Shown: positions 40,237 through 51,265, numbered from the stretch's first letter. The stretch: 64,000 bases of DNA from Methanocaldococcus sp. 16A (GCA_049860595.1 CP187551.1); one strand, 5' to 3'. Notes: generated by a model not told the origin, from the sequence alone. Translations and numbers: made by a program.

Positions 40237-41243
40237 AGTATCAACCCAAAGAAGTAATAGAGAATTACATCTAAATCTAAGATTCCACTTTCAATCCCTA
40301 TTAATGTATAAGCAAATAATATACCATAAATTCCTAAATAAATTCCTCCTAACTCTTTTGCTAATTTATAGAAAAATCCCAAAAATATTCCCAATATTCC
40401 AAAGTATGGAACTATTCCCAAAATCCCATAATCTCCAACAACAGCTCCAACCATAGTTGGAGTTATACTAACTCCAGATATTCCTAAAATCTTGGCTATA
40501 ACAACTCTTGCCCCATTACTCATTCCTAAGTAAGAGAATATGGCTGCATAGTGAATATAACCATTAAACATTCCATTAAAGTTATTGAATATTATATCAT
40601 AGACACTCATAGTTAGTGCTATCCTTGATGTGATTGGATTTCCTTCAACCCCCAAAACATACAATCTCAATATTGACAATCCCAACAAAAAAACAAAAAT
40701 AAGGAGCCCATATTTTAAAATTTCTCTATTGGTTATTTTATTTTTATAATATAAGACTACACCAACTGAAATTAACAAAACTAATACATTTGTCCTATAT
40801 CCAAGAAGCATAATTAGCATTGAAAATATAATTGTATATAATAAGATTTTTTTCTTGTCCATGTTAGAAGAAGCTACTACTATTGCCCAACCTACTAAAA
40901 AGAGATGAGATAATGTTGTAAAATATACATTTAAAAATTTTCTTGATAACGGGTTAAATAAAGGAACATCTTTTACCCAAATTAAATCAGAGACTATTGC
41001 TATCAATCCAATCATCATTAAAAAAATTCCAAAGTTATAATGCTTTTTTACGTTTATTTTTAAATTTTCCTTGTTTATGTCAATTAAATAATACAATCTC
41101 TTACCTACAATAAAAGATAAATAAAAAAATATTGCTGAAAATAAAAATACAATTGCTGAATTTATTGAAATGTTTGAAAATATTAAATAAATGCAAGATA
41201 ATATAACAAATATATGATGAAGTTCTATCTTTTTCATATTCAT
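40197..41243 (-). CDS. Oligosaccharide repeat-unit polymerase (Wzy-like) membrane protein, paralog 1
   Basis: Multi-TM; VPLF...R, LLGYRT, ITPT.VG..VGDYG.LG, IESGILD. Confidence 0.7.
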   Translation of the reverse strand: MNMKKIELHHIFVILSCIYLIFSNISINSAIVFLFSAIFFYLSFIVGKRLYYLIDINKENLKINVKKHYNFGIFLMMIGLIAIVSDLIWVKDVPLFNPLSRKFLNVYFTTLSHLFLVGWAIVVASSNMDKKKILLYTIIFSMLIMLLGYRTNVLVLLISVGVVLYYKNKITNREILKYGLLIFVFLLGLSILRLYVLGVEGNPITSRIALTMSVYDIIFNNFNGMFNGYIHYAAIFSYLGMSNGARVVIAKILGISGVSITPTMVGAVVGDYGILGIVPYFGILGIFLGFFYKLAKELGGIYLGIYGILFAYTLIGIESGILDLDVILYYFFGLILCIYAILLRKLKR

Positions 41244-41244
41244 A

Positions 41245-42018
41245 CTATCCCAATGTAATAATCTCATAATGTTCCTTTATTTTATTGGGTATTTCATCTA
41301 TTGAATTATTTACGACGACATAGATAGTTAATTTTGATGTTGTTATATTTGAAACTTTTATATATTTATCAAGATTTTTTAAGGTATTTAAGGAAATTTT
41401 TCCATTAAATATAACACCATACTCAACAAAATATATGTTCATTCCTTTTTTGATGTCTACATCAAGATTATTTATTATTTTTTGTCTCTCAGATGGCGTA
41501 TAGGTTTTTGAATCAGCTCCAATACTCCCCTCAATGATAACATCAACAACTTTTAGCTCTTTAAAGTTTTTTGTTGTATTTTCTATATTGTTTGCAATAT
41601 CTTTAAAAGAGCTCCCCTCAATTGGGTCTAATTCATATTTTATTATTGATTTTCCTATTGGATGTAAAATTATTTTTTTTGCAGCTATATCTTCCTGATA
41701 AGCCAATTCCCCACCAATAGTTATTGGCGTTCCATTATATAGTGCATATAAAGTTCCACCTTTTGCATCGTATATCTCAACAGTTCCATTAAAAGGTTTT
41801 TTAGAGGATGTCCATTTTCCAATGACAGTGGCGTTTAAAGGAAAATTTCTATTCAAAATTTTCTCACATAGCCATGCACATTTATACATCTGGTTTCCAT
41901 CAAACTCATAATCATTTCCATTACTACTATAAAATTTATATGCTAAAGATACAGAAGTTATTAGTATAGCTAATATAACAACTATTTCAAGTATACCAAT
42001 TTTTTTCATAATTATCAC
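41245..42018 (-). CDS. N-terminally membrane-anchored protein of unknown function
   Basis: Basic then hydrophobic N-terminus, several N-glycosylation sequons; first gene of the Wzy-like operon. Confidence 0.75.
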   Translation of the reverse strand: MIIMKKIGILEIVVILAILITSVSLAYKFYSSNGNDYEFDGNQMYKCAWLCEKILNRNFPLNATVIGKWTSSKKPFNGTVEIYDAKGGTLYALYNGTPITIGGELAYQEDIAAKKIILHPIGKSIIKYELDPIEGSSFKDIANNIENTTKNFKELKVVDVIIEGSIGADSKTYTPSERQKIINNLDVDIKKGMNIYFVEYGVIFNGKISLNTLKNLDKYIKVSNITTSKLTIYVVVNNSIDEIPNKIKEHYEIITLG

Positions 42019-42130
42019 CAGATATCATAAAAGTATTAGTAATTTATGGTAGTAAAACTTAAATTAATATATTAAGTTAATGTATCTTAAAATCCTTAAA
42101 ATTTTTTATAAATAATATTTGGGGACTTCA

Positions 42131-42844
42131 ATGAAAGTAGATTTACATGTTCATTCCATAGTAAGTAAATGTTCTTTAAATCCAAAGAGGTTCTTAGAAA
42201 AATTTTGTATAAAGAGAAATATTATCCCAGCAATTTGTGACCATAATAAACTAACTAAACTAAATTTTGCAATACCTGGAGAAGAGATAGCAACAAATAG
42301 AGGGGAGTTTATTGGCTTATTTTTAAATGAAGAAATTCCTCCAAACTTAGATTTGTATGAGGCATTAGATAGAGTCAGAGAGCAAGGAGGTTTAATTTAT
42401 TTACCTCATCCATTTGATTTTACGAGGAAAAGAAGTTTAGCAAAATTTAATGTGTTAGAGGAGAAAGAATTTTTAAAATATGTGCATATTGTTGAGGTTT
42501 TTAATAGTAGATGTCGTAGTATAGAACCAAATTTAAAAGCTTTAGAGTATGCTGAAAAATATGATTTTACGATGGCTTTTGGAAGTGATGCACACTTTAT
42601 TTGGGAAGTTGGAAATGCATATATAAGATTTAGTGAGTTAAATGTAGAAAAACCTGATGATTTGTCACCAAGAGAGTTTTTAAATTTATTAGAAATAAAA
42701 ACTAAAGAGCTACTAAAGGCAAAATCTAACTTATTAAAGAATCCATGGAAAACAAGATGGCACTATGGTAAATTAGGGAGTAGATATAATATAGCAGTAT
42801 ACAGCAAAGTTATTAAAAAAGTTAGGAAAGCATTGAATATCTAA
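42131..42844 (+). CDS. PHP-family metal-dependent phosphoesterase
   Basis: DLHVHS, CDHN, GEEI, PHPF, EVFN, GSDAH. Confidence 0.9.
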   Translation: MKVDLHVHSIVSKCSLNPKRFLEKFCIKRNIIPAICDHNKLTKLNFAIPGEEIATNRGEFIGLFLNEEIPPNLDLYEALDRVREQGGLIYLPHPFDFTRKRSLAKFNVLEEKEFLKYVHIVEVFNSRCRSIEPNLKALEYAEKYDFTMAFGSDAHFIWEVGNAYIRFSELNVEKPDDLSPREFLNLLEIKTKELLKAKSNLLKNPWKTRWHYGKLGSRYNIAVYSKVIKKVRKALNI

Positions 42845-42860
42845 AATTGTTTATGATGTA

Positions 42861-43433
42861 TTATGGTTTTCTTTTAAGTCTATAACCACAGTATGGACAT
42901 ATAAGCCATTCAGGCTGTACAGGTCTTTTACAGTTTGGACATCTTAAACCTTCTTCTTCCTCTTCTTTTAGTTTTGTACCACAGTGAGCACAATATTTCC
43001 AAGAATCTGAAATGTAATTATTACAGTTCTTACATCTTTGTATATCTTCTTCAAATATCATATTTTTAATTTCGGCCCCACAGTTGGTACAGTGGTCCCA
43101 TCCTAAGTCAATCGGAGAGTTACAGGAATTACAAAGTGGAACAAATGTTGAAAACTTAGTTCCCAAAGCTTTTTTAACTTTTTCAAGGGTTATCATTGCT
43201 TCTCTTCTTAGAATCTCATCAGGGTCGTACTCTATTATCTGATTTAATAATGTAATTATCTCATTCAATGTTACTTTATCATAAGCATCTAAGTATAAAA
43301 TTGCTTCTGGCCTGGTTTCAGCAATCTCTTGTAATTTTCTTAATGTTACTAATTTTGTAGCGGGTACTGAACTTCTTAATCCTGAAACTATACTCATTTT
43401 TTCTTCATCAGTTAAAGGGACTACACGTACCAT
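42861..43433 (-). CDS. HEAT-like N-terminus plus three tandem zinc-ribbon units
   Basis: DPDEILRREA helix pair; three CxxC-x10-CxxCG units, each with a conserved W. Confidence 0.8.
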   Translation of the reverse strand: MVRVVPLTDEEKMSIVSGLRSSVPATKLVTLRKLQEIAETRPEAILYLDAYDKVTLNEIITLLNQIIEYDPDEILRREAMITLEKVKKALGTKFSTFVPLCNSCNSPIDLGWDHCTNCGAEIKNMIFEEDIQRCKNCNNYISDSWKYCAHCGTKLKEEEEEGLRCPNCKRPVQPEWLICPYCGYRLKRKP

Positions 43434-43455
43434 TTTATCACCTTAACACTACTAA

Positions 43456-43950
43456 TTATTCATATACCTGCAATCTGTGATTAATCCAAAGGTCTCCCAA
43501 AGATTTTAGCTTATTAAAGCTATATAACACTGCAGAAGATAGTTCCTTTTCTGAAGCATTCAAAAGTCCAGACAGCTCAGCATCTTTCCTTTTTATCTTA
43601 AACTTGTAATATGGTTGAAGCCCTCCCCCTCCTACATAGTAGCAGATAATTTGCACTTCATCAACATCTGTATTTTTAAAAACATAATACGTTATCTCTC
43701 CAATCTCTCTTTTACTATCTGCATCTAAATCATATTCACCACTTCCTGATGCAATCTTTGTCTTTACTTGATACACTATTGCTGTCTTTACACCGTTTAT
43801 TGTCCTATTTTCAATCTTTACTACATTACATTCCTTATACAAAACATCAGGGTATTTTTTTTGTAGGAATATCGTGCAACCACTTATCATCAAACTAATT
43901 AAAGTAAAAATTACAATTATACTCAATATTCTATATGGTCTCATTTTCAT
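43456..43950 (-). CDS. Putative lipoprotein
   Basis: Signal peptide ending in the lipobox-like ISGC. Confidence 0.7.
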   Translation of the reverse strand: MKMRPYRILSIIVIFTLISLMISGCTIFLQKKYPDVLYKECNVVKIENRTINGVKTAIVYQVKTKIASGSGEYDLDADSKREIGEITYYVFKNTDVDEVQIICYYVGGGGLQPYYKFKIKRKDAELSGLLNASEKELSSAVLYSFNKLKSLGDLWINHRLQVYE

Positions 43951-44035
43951 CCCACTTTTTAGTAAATATATTTTAGGTTAAAACAACTTAATACTAATTT
44001 TGTAACTAAAGTTATTTATAATTTTAGTAAAATAC

Positions 44036-45223
44036 ATGGGGTTGATAATTATGCAAGTTTCAACATACGATTTAGATAAAATAGCAGAAAAACTAAATTT
44101 GTCCATAAAAGATTTAGATAAAGCTTTTAAAAAGAAAATTTTGAGAGAGGACGAATACAAAGAAACAAAAACATTATTATTTAAAAAAGAATTTAGAGGA
44201 GTAGAAAAAGGAACAGTTATATTTCTAAACGATAACCTTGATGTTGTTAGGGGATATCCGAAGACTTATAGAGCCATAACTCTCTATCCAACAATAAAAA
44301 ACCATTTTATAGATAAAGTTGTTGTTGAAGAAAAATTAAACGGATATAATATAAGAATTGTCAAAATAGATGGAGAAGTTTATGCATTAACAAGAAGTGG
44401 ATATATCTGCCCATTCACTACAAAAAAAGTTAAAAAATTCTTAAATTTAGAGATTTTGGATGATTATAACTATTATATGCTATGTGGGGAGATGATAGGT
44501 TTAAACAATCCTTACACCCCTTATTATTATAAAGAAGTCGATAGAGGTTATGAAAACTTAGGATTTTATATATTTGATATAAAAGAGAGGGAAACTAACA
44601 AATCTCTACCAATAAAAGAAAGAATAAAGTTGTGTGAAAAATATAACTTGCCTTATGTTAAGCCATTAGCAGTTGTTGATAAAGAAGAGGCTCACGTCCA
44701 TATAAGGAAAATTATTGAAGAGTTAAATAAATATGGGAGAGAAGGAGTTGTTTTAAAAGACCCTGATATGGCAGTCCCCCCAATAAAATACACAACACAC
44801 TTTACACAGTGTGAAGATTTAAAATCAGCCTTTACATTTTTCTTTGATTTAGGTATTGACTTTATATTCAGTAGGGTTGTAAGAGAAGGATTCATGAGTT
44901 ATGAGTTTAAAGAAACTATTGAGGAGAGAAAAAAGAGGGCTAAAGATTTAGGAGAAGCTATTTTATTACCAATGGTCGAGACAATTAGTAAAGTAGCTAA
45001 TGGAGAAAGGGTTTCTGAAGATTTTGAGCTAATATTTGATAACGAAGATGATTTTAATGAGTTTTTAGATTTTATGAGAAAAATGAAGATGGTTATAACA
45101 ATAAAAAATGTTGAAGAAATTAACACCAATGAAGGAGTTAAAATTAAAGTGCTAATTGGAAAAATTTACAATAAAACTAACGATAAAATTATTAGCTATT
45201 TAAATGGAACACTTTGGGAATAA
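44036..45223 (+). CDS. ATP-dependent RNA ligase (Pab1020/Rnl3 family)
   Basis: RGYPK, motif I EEKLNGYN, TRSGYICPFTT, FDI, EGVVLK. Confidence 0.9.
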   Translation: MGLIIMQVSTYDLDKIAEKLNLSIKDLDKAFKKKILREDEYKETKTLLFKKEFRGVEKGTVIFLNDNLDVVRGYPKTYRAITLYPTIKNHFIDKVVVEEKLNGYNIRIVKIDGEVYALTRSGYICPFTTKKVKKFLNLEILDDYNYYMLCGEMIGLNNPYTPYYYKEVDRGYENLGFYIFDIKERETNKSLPIKERIKLCEKYNLPYVKPLAVVDKEEAHVHIRKIIEELNKYGREGVVLKDPDMAVPPIKYTTHFTQCEDLKSAFTFFFDLGIDFIFSRVVREGFMSYEFKETIEERKKRAKDLGEAILLPMVETISKVANGERVSEDFELIFDNEDDFNEFLDFMRKMKMVITIKNVEEINTNEGVKIKVLIGKIYNKTNDKIISYLNGTLWE

Positions 45224-45269
45224 ATAATAAAATTTAAATACTTCATAATCTTTTTAAAGTTTTGTTAAA

Positions 45270-45400
45270 TTTATAGTTTTGTGCAGAATAGATAAAACTT
45301 TACTATGGAAAATTTGAATGTCTTCCTTCTGGAAGACGTTCATTAATGCCTTATTCATTATAAACCTATTTGCACAAAACTATAAACTGCGAAAGTCCTA
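45270..45400. mobile_element. Family B MITE-like element (16-bp TIR) abutting a family A right end
   Basis: tttatagttttgtgca / tgcacaaaactataaa (45270-45386), central hairpin gtcttcc-ttct-ggaagac, then ctgcgaaagtccta. Confidence 0.75.
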
Positions 45401-45428
45401 TTACGAGATAATAAAAAAGGGGATATAT

Positions 45429-46205
45429 GTGAAGCTAAGTTCAAGAGATATAATATTAAAAGTTATTCTTCCAATAGGTGTTGTTGTTGCTTGGGAAATT
45501 TTAGCCATATATTTAAACAAACCTGTAATTTTGCCAAGAGTTGAGGCAGTTATTAACGTCTTAATTCATCCATTTGAAGGTATCTTAGGAACTGGAAGTT
45601 TAATAGACAATACAATAATTAGTATAAAGAGAGTTTTAGGCGGTTTTTTATTAGCCTCAATTGTAGCAATACCTTTAGGAATATTGATGGGATATTACAG
45701 AACAATAAACAGCTTATGCGATACTTTAATTGAGCTATTAAGACCAATTCCTCCATTAGCTTGGGTTCCACTATCGTTGGCATGGTTTGGACTTGGAGAG
45801 ATGTCAATGATATTTATTATATTCATTGGAGCATTTTTCCCAATATTAATAAATACAATCTCAGGAGTTAAAGGTGTTCCTACCCCATTAATTGAAGCGG
45901 CTTTAACCTTAGGAGCTAAAGGAAAAGATATTTTAATAAAGGTTGTTATTCCAGCATCATCCCCAAGTATTTTAACTGGACTTAGAGTTGGAGCAGGTAT
46001 AGCTTGGATGTGTGTTGTTGCAGCAGAGATGCTACCATCAAGTAATGCTGGTTTAGGATATCTAATTATGTATGCTTATTCATTAAGTAGAATGGATGTA
46101 GTCATTGCCTGTATGATAATTATTGGATTAATTGGGCTGGTATTGGACAGAGGGCTAAGATATATTGAAGACAAGTATTTCGTATGGAGAAAAATGATGA
46201 AATAA
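45429..46205 (+). CDS. ABC transporter permease, nitrate/sulfonate (SsuC/TauC) type
   Basis: [20 protein letters not shown] loop, VVAAEM..GLGY; start set at GTG 45429 because the ORF-track extension lies in the MITE. Confidence 0.92.
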   Translation: MKLSSRDIILKVILPIGVVVAWEILAIYLNKPVILPRVEAVINVLIHPFEGILGTGSLIDNTIISIKRVLGGFLLASIVAIPLGILMGYYRTINSLCDTLIELLRPIPPLAWVPLSLAWFGLGEMSMIFIIFIGAFFPILINTISGVKGVPTPLIEAALTLGAKGKDILIKVVIPASSPSILTGLRVGAGIAWMCVVAAEMLPSSNAGLGYLIMYAYSLSRMDVVIACMIIIGLIGLVLDRGLRYIEDKYFVWRKMMK

Positions 46206-46216
46206 AAAGGGATAAA

Positions 46217-46990
46217 ATGAAAGTAAAGTTGAAAGTTGAAAATCTAACAAAAATTTTTGAATTCAATGGAAACAAGGTCAAAGCATTAGACAATATCAAT
46301 TTAGAGGTTTATGAAAATGAATTTTTAACAGTTATGGGTCCAAGTGGTTGTGGAAAAACAACATTGTTAAGAATTATAGCTGGTTTAGATTATCCTACTG
46401 AAGGTAAAGTTTTATTGGATGGAAAAGAAGTTAAAGGGCCAGGAGCTGATAGAGGTGTTGTGTTTCAACAATATACACTAATGCCATGGAGAACTGTTTT
46501 AAAAAATGTTACATTTGGTTTAGAGTTAAAAGGCATCCCAAAAAATGAAAGAATAAAGATAGCAAAAAAATTCATTAAAATGGTAGGATTAGAAGGATTT
46601 GAAGATGCTTACCCTTATCAGTTGAGTGGTGGTATGCAGCAAAGAGTAGCTATAGCAAGAACTTTAGCCAATGATCCAGAGATTGTTTTAATGGATGAAC
46701 CGTTTGCTGCCCTAGATGCTCAAACAAGGAATATATTACAGAATGAATTATTAAAAATATGGGAAAAAGAAAAAAAGACTGTATTTTTTGTTACTCATAG
46801 CGTTGATGAAGCAGTTTATCTTTCAGATAGGGTTGTTGTTTTAACTGCAAGACCTGGAAGGATAAAAGATATTATTGAAATTGATTTAGAAAGGCCAAGG
46901 GATAGAACAAGTATAGAATTCCTTGAATATAGAAAAAAGATTTTAGAGATTTTGAAGGAAGAGGTTTTAAAATCTATAAAGATACAATAA
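46217..46990 (+). CDS. ABC transporter ATP-binding protein, nitrate/sulfonate type
   Basis: [30 protein letters not shown]. Confidence 0.95.
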   Translation: MKVKLKVENLTKIFEFNGNKVKALDNINLEVYENEFLTVMGPSGCGKTTLLRIIAGLDYPTEGKVLLDGKEVKGPGADRGVVFQQYTLMPWRTVLKNVTFGLELKGIPKNERIKIAKKFIKMVGLEGFEDAYPYQLSGGMQQRVAIARTLANDPEIVLMDEPFAALDAQTRNILQNELLKIWEKEKKTVFFVTHSVDEAVYLSDRVVVLTARPGRIKDIIEIDLERPRDRTSIEFLEYRKKILEILKEEVLKSIKIQ

Positions 46991-47001
46991 TTTTTTTGTT
47001 T

Positions 47002-47820
47002 TTATAAAAATCTCATAGGTATTCCTCTATCTGCACAATATCTTTTTATCTCTTCTATTGTATATTCTCTATAATGCAATATTCCTGCCATTAATGCAGC
47101 ATCTGCTTTTCCATAAACAAAAGCTTCATAAACATGCTCTGGTTTTCCAGCTCCGCCAGAGGCAATAACAGGAAGTTTAACATTTTTAGAAATCTCTCTT
47201 GTTAATATTAAATCATAACCACTTTTTGTTCCATCTTTATCAATACTTGTTAATAAAATTTCTCCAGCTCCCAATTCTTCTACTTTTTTAGCCCATTCTA
47301 TGGCATCTATACCAGTTTCTTTTTTTCCTCCATAAATATAAACTTCAAACCAGCAATAACCATCCTCTACTTTAACAACATTTTTATCTATATCATCTAT
47401 CTCATCCTCATTGACATAATGCCTTTTAGCATCAATAGCTACAACAACACATTGAGAACCAAATATTTCACTCGCCTCTTTAATTAAATTAGGATTTTTT
47501 ACAGCTGCAGTATTTATTGAAACTTTATCAGCTCCAGCCCTCAGTATCTTTCTAAAATCTTCAATTGATTTAATTCCTCCACCTACAGTTAATGGAATAA
47601 AAACTTTCTCAGCTGTTCTTTCCACAACATCAATAATTATATCCCTTTTTTCAGCTGAAGCTGTTATATCCAAAAATACAAGCTCATCAGCCCCTTCATT
47701 ATCATACAACTGGGCTAACTCAACTGGATCTCCGGCATCTCTTAAATTCAAAAACTTTGTTCCTTTAACAACTCTCCCATCTTTAATATCCAAGCATGGA
47801 ATTATTCTCTTTGTTAACAT
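47002..47820 (-). CDS. hisF: Imidazole glycerol phosphate synthase cyclase subunit
   Basis: [31 protein letters not shown]. Confidence 0.98.
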   Translation of the reverse strand: MLTKRIIPCLDIKDGRVVKGTKFLNLRDAGDPVELAQLYDNEGADELVFLDITASAEKRDIIIDVVERTAEKVFIPLTVGGGIKSIEDFRKILRAGADKVSINTAAVKNPNLIKEASEIFGSQCVVVAIDAKRHYVNEDEIDDIDKNVVKVEDGYCWFEVYIYGGKKETGIDAIEWAKKVEELGAGEILLTSIDKDGTKSGYDLILTREISKNVKLPVIASGGAGKPEHVYEAFVYGKADAALMAGILHYREYTIEEIKRYCADRGIPMRFL

Positions 47821-47845
47821 CCTCATCACTTCATTTTAATTCTAA

Positions 47846-47894
47846 TAGGACTTCCAACTATGCTTTTAAAAATTAATTTTCTGCAAAAGTCCTA
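47846..47894. mobile_element. Short degenerate family A element providing the stop codon of the MinD-like gene
   Basis: taggacttcc ... ctgcaaaagtccta; cta at 47892-47894 is TAG on the minus strand. Confidence 0.65.
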
Positions 47895-48686
47895 TTCTAA
47901 ATCTTTAAATTCTAATTCTTTCTCTAATTTTTCTTCTTCAGTTATACCTGAAATAGTTTTTGCTAATTTTAAAGCTCTTAATGATGCCAAATCTTTCTCT
48001 AAATATACGTTTGCCAGTTCATTGGTCAATTTAGTCATTTCTTTAGTGAATTTTGTTTTAATTTTTGCAATTGGTGTGCTTTCTGCCCATTGTCTCTCTA
48101 CATTAGGGTCATATGGTAGAATCCCAATAACATCGTCTATTATCTCACTAATATCCGTAAGCCCTCTATATTTATTTATAATTATTCCTGTAAGTCCTAT
48201 ACCCAAATCTTTTAAGAGTTCAATAGTTTTTAATGAATTTACAATAGATGGAACACTATCCTCTCCAACTACAATTACTTTATTAACAAGTTCTTCTCCA
48301 GCATAAGATATAAAGATATTGTCCTCAGTTATGTTTGGTGGGAAATCATAAACAATAACATCATATTCTTCTTCTAATACTTCAATTAATCTTACAAAAT
48401 TTTCAAGGTCTGTTTTATATGCAAAAACATCAGAAGTTACTCCTGCATGAATAATAGCCAAATCATCATAATTATAAATTATATCCTCTACAGCAGAATT
48501 TCCCGATAGGTAAGTATTTAAGTTGTGTTCCTTATCTTCAAGACCAAACATCAAAGCACAAGTACCTCCATATATATCACAGTCAATTAGAATAGTTTTA
48601 ACTGAATGACTAAGAATATAAGCAAAATTTGCAGCAATTGTAGTTTTTCCAGTACCTCCTTGAATGTTGTAAAACCCTATCTTCAT
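47892..48686 (-). CDS. MinD/ParA-family ATPase with atypical Walker A (QGGTGKTT)
   Basis: NIQGGTGKTTIAAN, LIDCD, YDVIVYDFPP, GIIINK, LPYD. Confidence 0.85.
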   Translation of the reverse strand: MKIGFYNIQGGTGKTTIAANFAYILSHSVKTILIDCDIYGGTCALMFGLEDKEHNLNTYLSGNSAVEDIIYNYDDLAIIHAGVTSDVFAYKTDLENFVRLIEVLEEEYDVIVYDFPPNITEDNIFISYAGEELVNKVIVVGEDSVPSIVNSLKTIELLKDLGIGLTGIIINKYRGLTDISEIIDDVIGILPYDPNVERQWAESTPIAKIKTKFTKEMTKLTNELANVYLEKDLASLRALKLAKTISGITEEEKLEKELEFKDLE

Positions 48687-48707
48687 TTTTATCACCAAAA
48701 TTAAGAT

Positions 48708-50822
48708 TCAATTTAAAGGAATTATTTTTGGAGGATTTACTATCACATATTTGCAGTATTCTTTATCAAACTCTTCAAAATTATAATTACTAATATTTAA
48801 ATTCTTTTTAAATATTGTTATTTTTATCCCATCATTGTCATTTATCCATATCGCAGTTCCGTTGTAGAAAATATTGTTTTTAGTGTATTTATTAAGCCAT
48901 TTAGCTAAATCTTTAAATGAAACTACCGCAGTTCCATTTTCCTTTAATTTAATAACCAAGTTTCTATCATAATCCCTAATATCCGCAATATAAATCCCAA
49001 AGTCCTCATCTTTTGGTGGAATATAGAAAGTATTAACAATATTTACTCCAAAAATTTCTTTTAGGGGTGTTGGAATTCTGATAATTGGAATTCCATCATA
49101 TATTTCAAATCCTTTCTCACCAGGAATTACGACATAATTCACTTTCCCTTTTATATTCAATTTCCAATCTAAATCTTCATTATCATTCCCAAAAATTGCA
49201 TCTATCAAGTTTTTGTCAGAGCTTTCTAAGAATAACCCATCACATCCTCTTGCCAGTGCATAGGCATAGTTTTTTACAAACCAATGATTAAAATATTTAT
49301 ATTTATCCCACATTTCGCTATCTTCTGTCGTTGAAACTGGTTTTCCCTCATAGTACCATTTTGATGGCTCTTTAGCCTTTCCATCCCAATAAGGTTCTCC
49401 ATAATCTAAATGATAATAAATATTTTCACTCTTAGCCCCTTCTTCCCAATAACCATAATCTGCTGTTCCTTTATAGCTTATAACTTTCGGATAAAATCCT
49501 CCAATTGGGTCATTTCTAAATGTCTCAGGAGCTTTATCTACATAAATTAGAGGGTAATAACTTAAAGCTAATATATCATCAGCATATATATCGTTCATTT
49601 TTTCTGGATTAAAGTATAGATGTGTATAGTTCATCCACCATTTTTTAAACCAATACTCTTTATATAAATCTTCAAGCTCATCTACATCCACATCAGATTT
49701 TTCAACAATATCAATTCCTTCACTACCAGTTACTATATAACTTATATTCATTCCTAAAGCATTCAAAGCCTTTATGTATTTTAATTTTTTATTTATTATT
49801 TTATCATCTAACACATCTACTTTAATTTTTCTTCCTGCAACGTCTATAACATAATCCCCATTCTCATCAGGGATTATTTTATTTACAGCAACTCCTGAAA
49901 CGAGTATATGCTTATAATATGGCGGAACTTTATTTATATATGCAAAAACTCCTCCATTTTTAGCAATATACTCTCCAATAATGTTGAGTGTTTCTTCATC
50001 ATCTAATGATGTAGGGTATAGGAAGAGAAGTTTATTTTTCTTAATTTCATAAACGCCATCCGATACTTTCTTATAATTAATCTTATAAATTGGAATTTCT
50101 TTTACGTCAGCTGGTGGATTGAATATTAAAGCTCCATCATCATTTCTTATGACATATTTTTTTGGATAAATTATGAAAATGCTATTGTTATTAATAAATA
50201 CATAATCATAATAATCTGGAATAGCTTTAGGTGGATAAGTATAAGAATATTTGTAATAGTATTCTTCTGATGGTTCTTTTGGTGGATTATAGTAAATTTC
50301 TCCATCTTTTCCTACAACAATATATTTTTTTGGATAGAGGATGAATGTAGCATTTCTTATCAATACATATCCATCATAGTCAGGAATTTTTGAAGGGCTT
50401 GGAACTTTTATTTTATATGGCTTTACAAACTCATACTCACTGTAATTTTCTTCTTTTGGTGGATTAAATATTAAAGCCCCATCTTCCTTATAAACACTGT
50501 ACTTTGGATACACTACAATAATTCCATTTTTATTTACATACGTATAATTCCCATAATCAGGAATTTTTGATGGCAAGTATTTCTTTATTCCTAAATAGTA
50601 TAAAATATCATCATCAATTGAATCATTATCTAAACAGAACACAGTTAGAGAATTATTATTATCTAAAATCTCCTTAATCTTCTCAACATTTTTAACTTTT
50701 GATAATGGAACAAATTCTATTGGAATTGAACTTGTATATTTATATTCAATGTTTGAAGGATAAACACAGGTAAGTATAGCAAATATCAATAATATAAAAA
50801 CAAACTTTTTCATACCATTCAC
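48708..50822 (-). CDS. Large secreted Tyr-rich protein with three internal repeats of about 40 aa
   Basis: Signal peptide; IPDY...YPK.Y....DG....NPP at aa 84-123, 143-183, 198-237. Confidence 0.8.
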   Translation of the reverse strand: MNGMKKFVFILLIFAILTCVYPSNIEYKYTSSIPIEFVPLSKVKNVEKIKEILDNNNSLTVFCLDNDSIDDDILYYLGIKKYLPSKIPDYGNYTYVNKNGIIVVYPKYSVYKEDGALIFNPPKEENYSEYEFVKPYKIKVPSPSKIPDYDGYVLIRNATFILYPKKYIVVGKDGEIYYNPPKEPSEEYYYKYSYTYPPKAIPDYYDYVFINNNSIFIIYPKKYVIRNDDGALIFNPPADVKEIPIYKINYKKVSDGVYEIKKNKLLFLYPTSLDDEETLNIIGEYIAKNGGVFAYINKVPPYYKHILVSGVAVNKIIPDENGDYVIDVAGRKIKVDVLDDKIINKKLKYIKALNALGMNISYIVTGSEGIDIVEKSDVDVDELEDLYKEYWFKKWWMNYTHLYFNPEKMNDIYADDILALSYYPLIYVDKAPETFRNDPIGGFYPKVISYKGTADYGYWEEGAKSENIYYHLDYGEPYWDGKAKEPSKWYYEGKPVSTTEDSEMWDKYKYFNHWFVKNYAYALARGCDGLFLESSDKNLIDAIFGNDNEDLDWKLNIKGKVNYVVIPGEKGFEIYDGIPIIRIPTPLKEIFGVNIVNTFYIPPKDEDFGIYIADIRDYDRNLVIKLKENGTAVVSFKDLAKWLNKYTKNNIFYNGTAIWINDNDGIKITIFKKNLNISNYNFEEFDKEYCKYVIVNPPKIIPLN

Positions 50823-50899
50823 CTAAATAATTTCCTAATATTATACATTACATTATAATATTAATCCCAAAAAGTCTGTAATTAGCAAAAGTAAAATAT

Positions 50900-51265
50900 T
50901 TATTCCTCAAACTTTTTCACATACATTAATGGATAATCAATCTCTGGAATATATTCAAGTTTTAAATGGGCAATAGTCTTATTTATTTTTATTTTTAAAT
51001 CAACATCTAACATCTTTCCATCCAAAGAAACATATTTTTCTCCAACGTCTTTGATTTTAACTTTTATATCATAAACACATGGCTGATTTTTCATAGCCTC
51101 TTCTATAGCTCTTTCTAATGATTCTTTATTATCTTTGCTAACTGGAGTTCCAACAAATTGATGAAATAAAGCTCCTAAGGTAATGCCTCCTTCAAAAACT
51201 GCTCTCTCTCTATCTGTTAAATTTTTAAAATATTTTTTGAAGATTTCAGTTTCTTCTACTCTCAT
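50900..51265 (-). CDS. mptD: Dihydroneopterin aldolase MptD
   Basis: RERAVFEGGITLGALFHQFVGTPV, QP, YPLMY. Confidence 0.9.
   Translation of the reverse strand: MRVEETEIFKKYFKNLTDRERAVFEGGITLGALFHQFVGTPVSKDNKESLERAIEEAMKNQPCVYDIKVKIKDVGEKYVSLDGKMLDVDLKIKINKTIAHLKLEYIPEIDYPLMYVKKFEE

Noticed and set aside
45318-45428. N-terminal extension of the ABC permease
   Set aside because: Derived from MITE sequence; GTG at 45429 has an RBS-like ggggat
47860-48306. 148-aa plus-strand ORF
   Set aside because: Antisense to the MinD-like gene and starts inside a repeat
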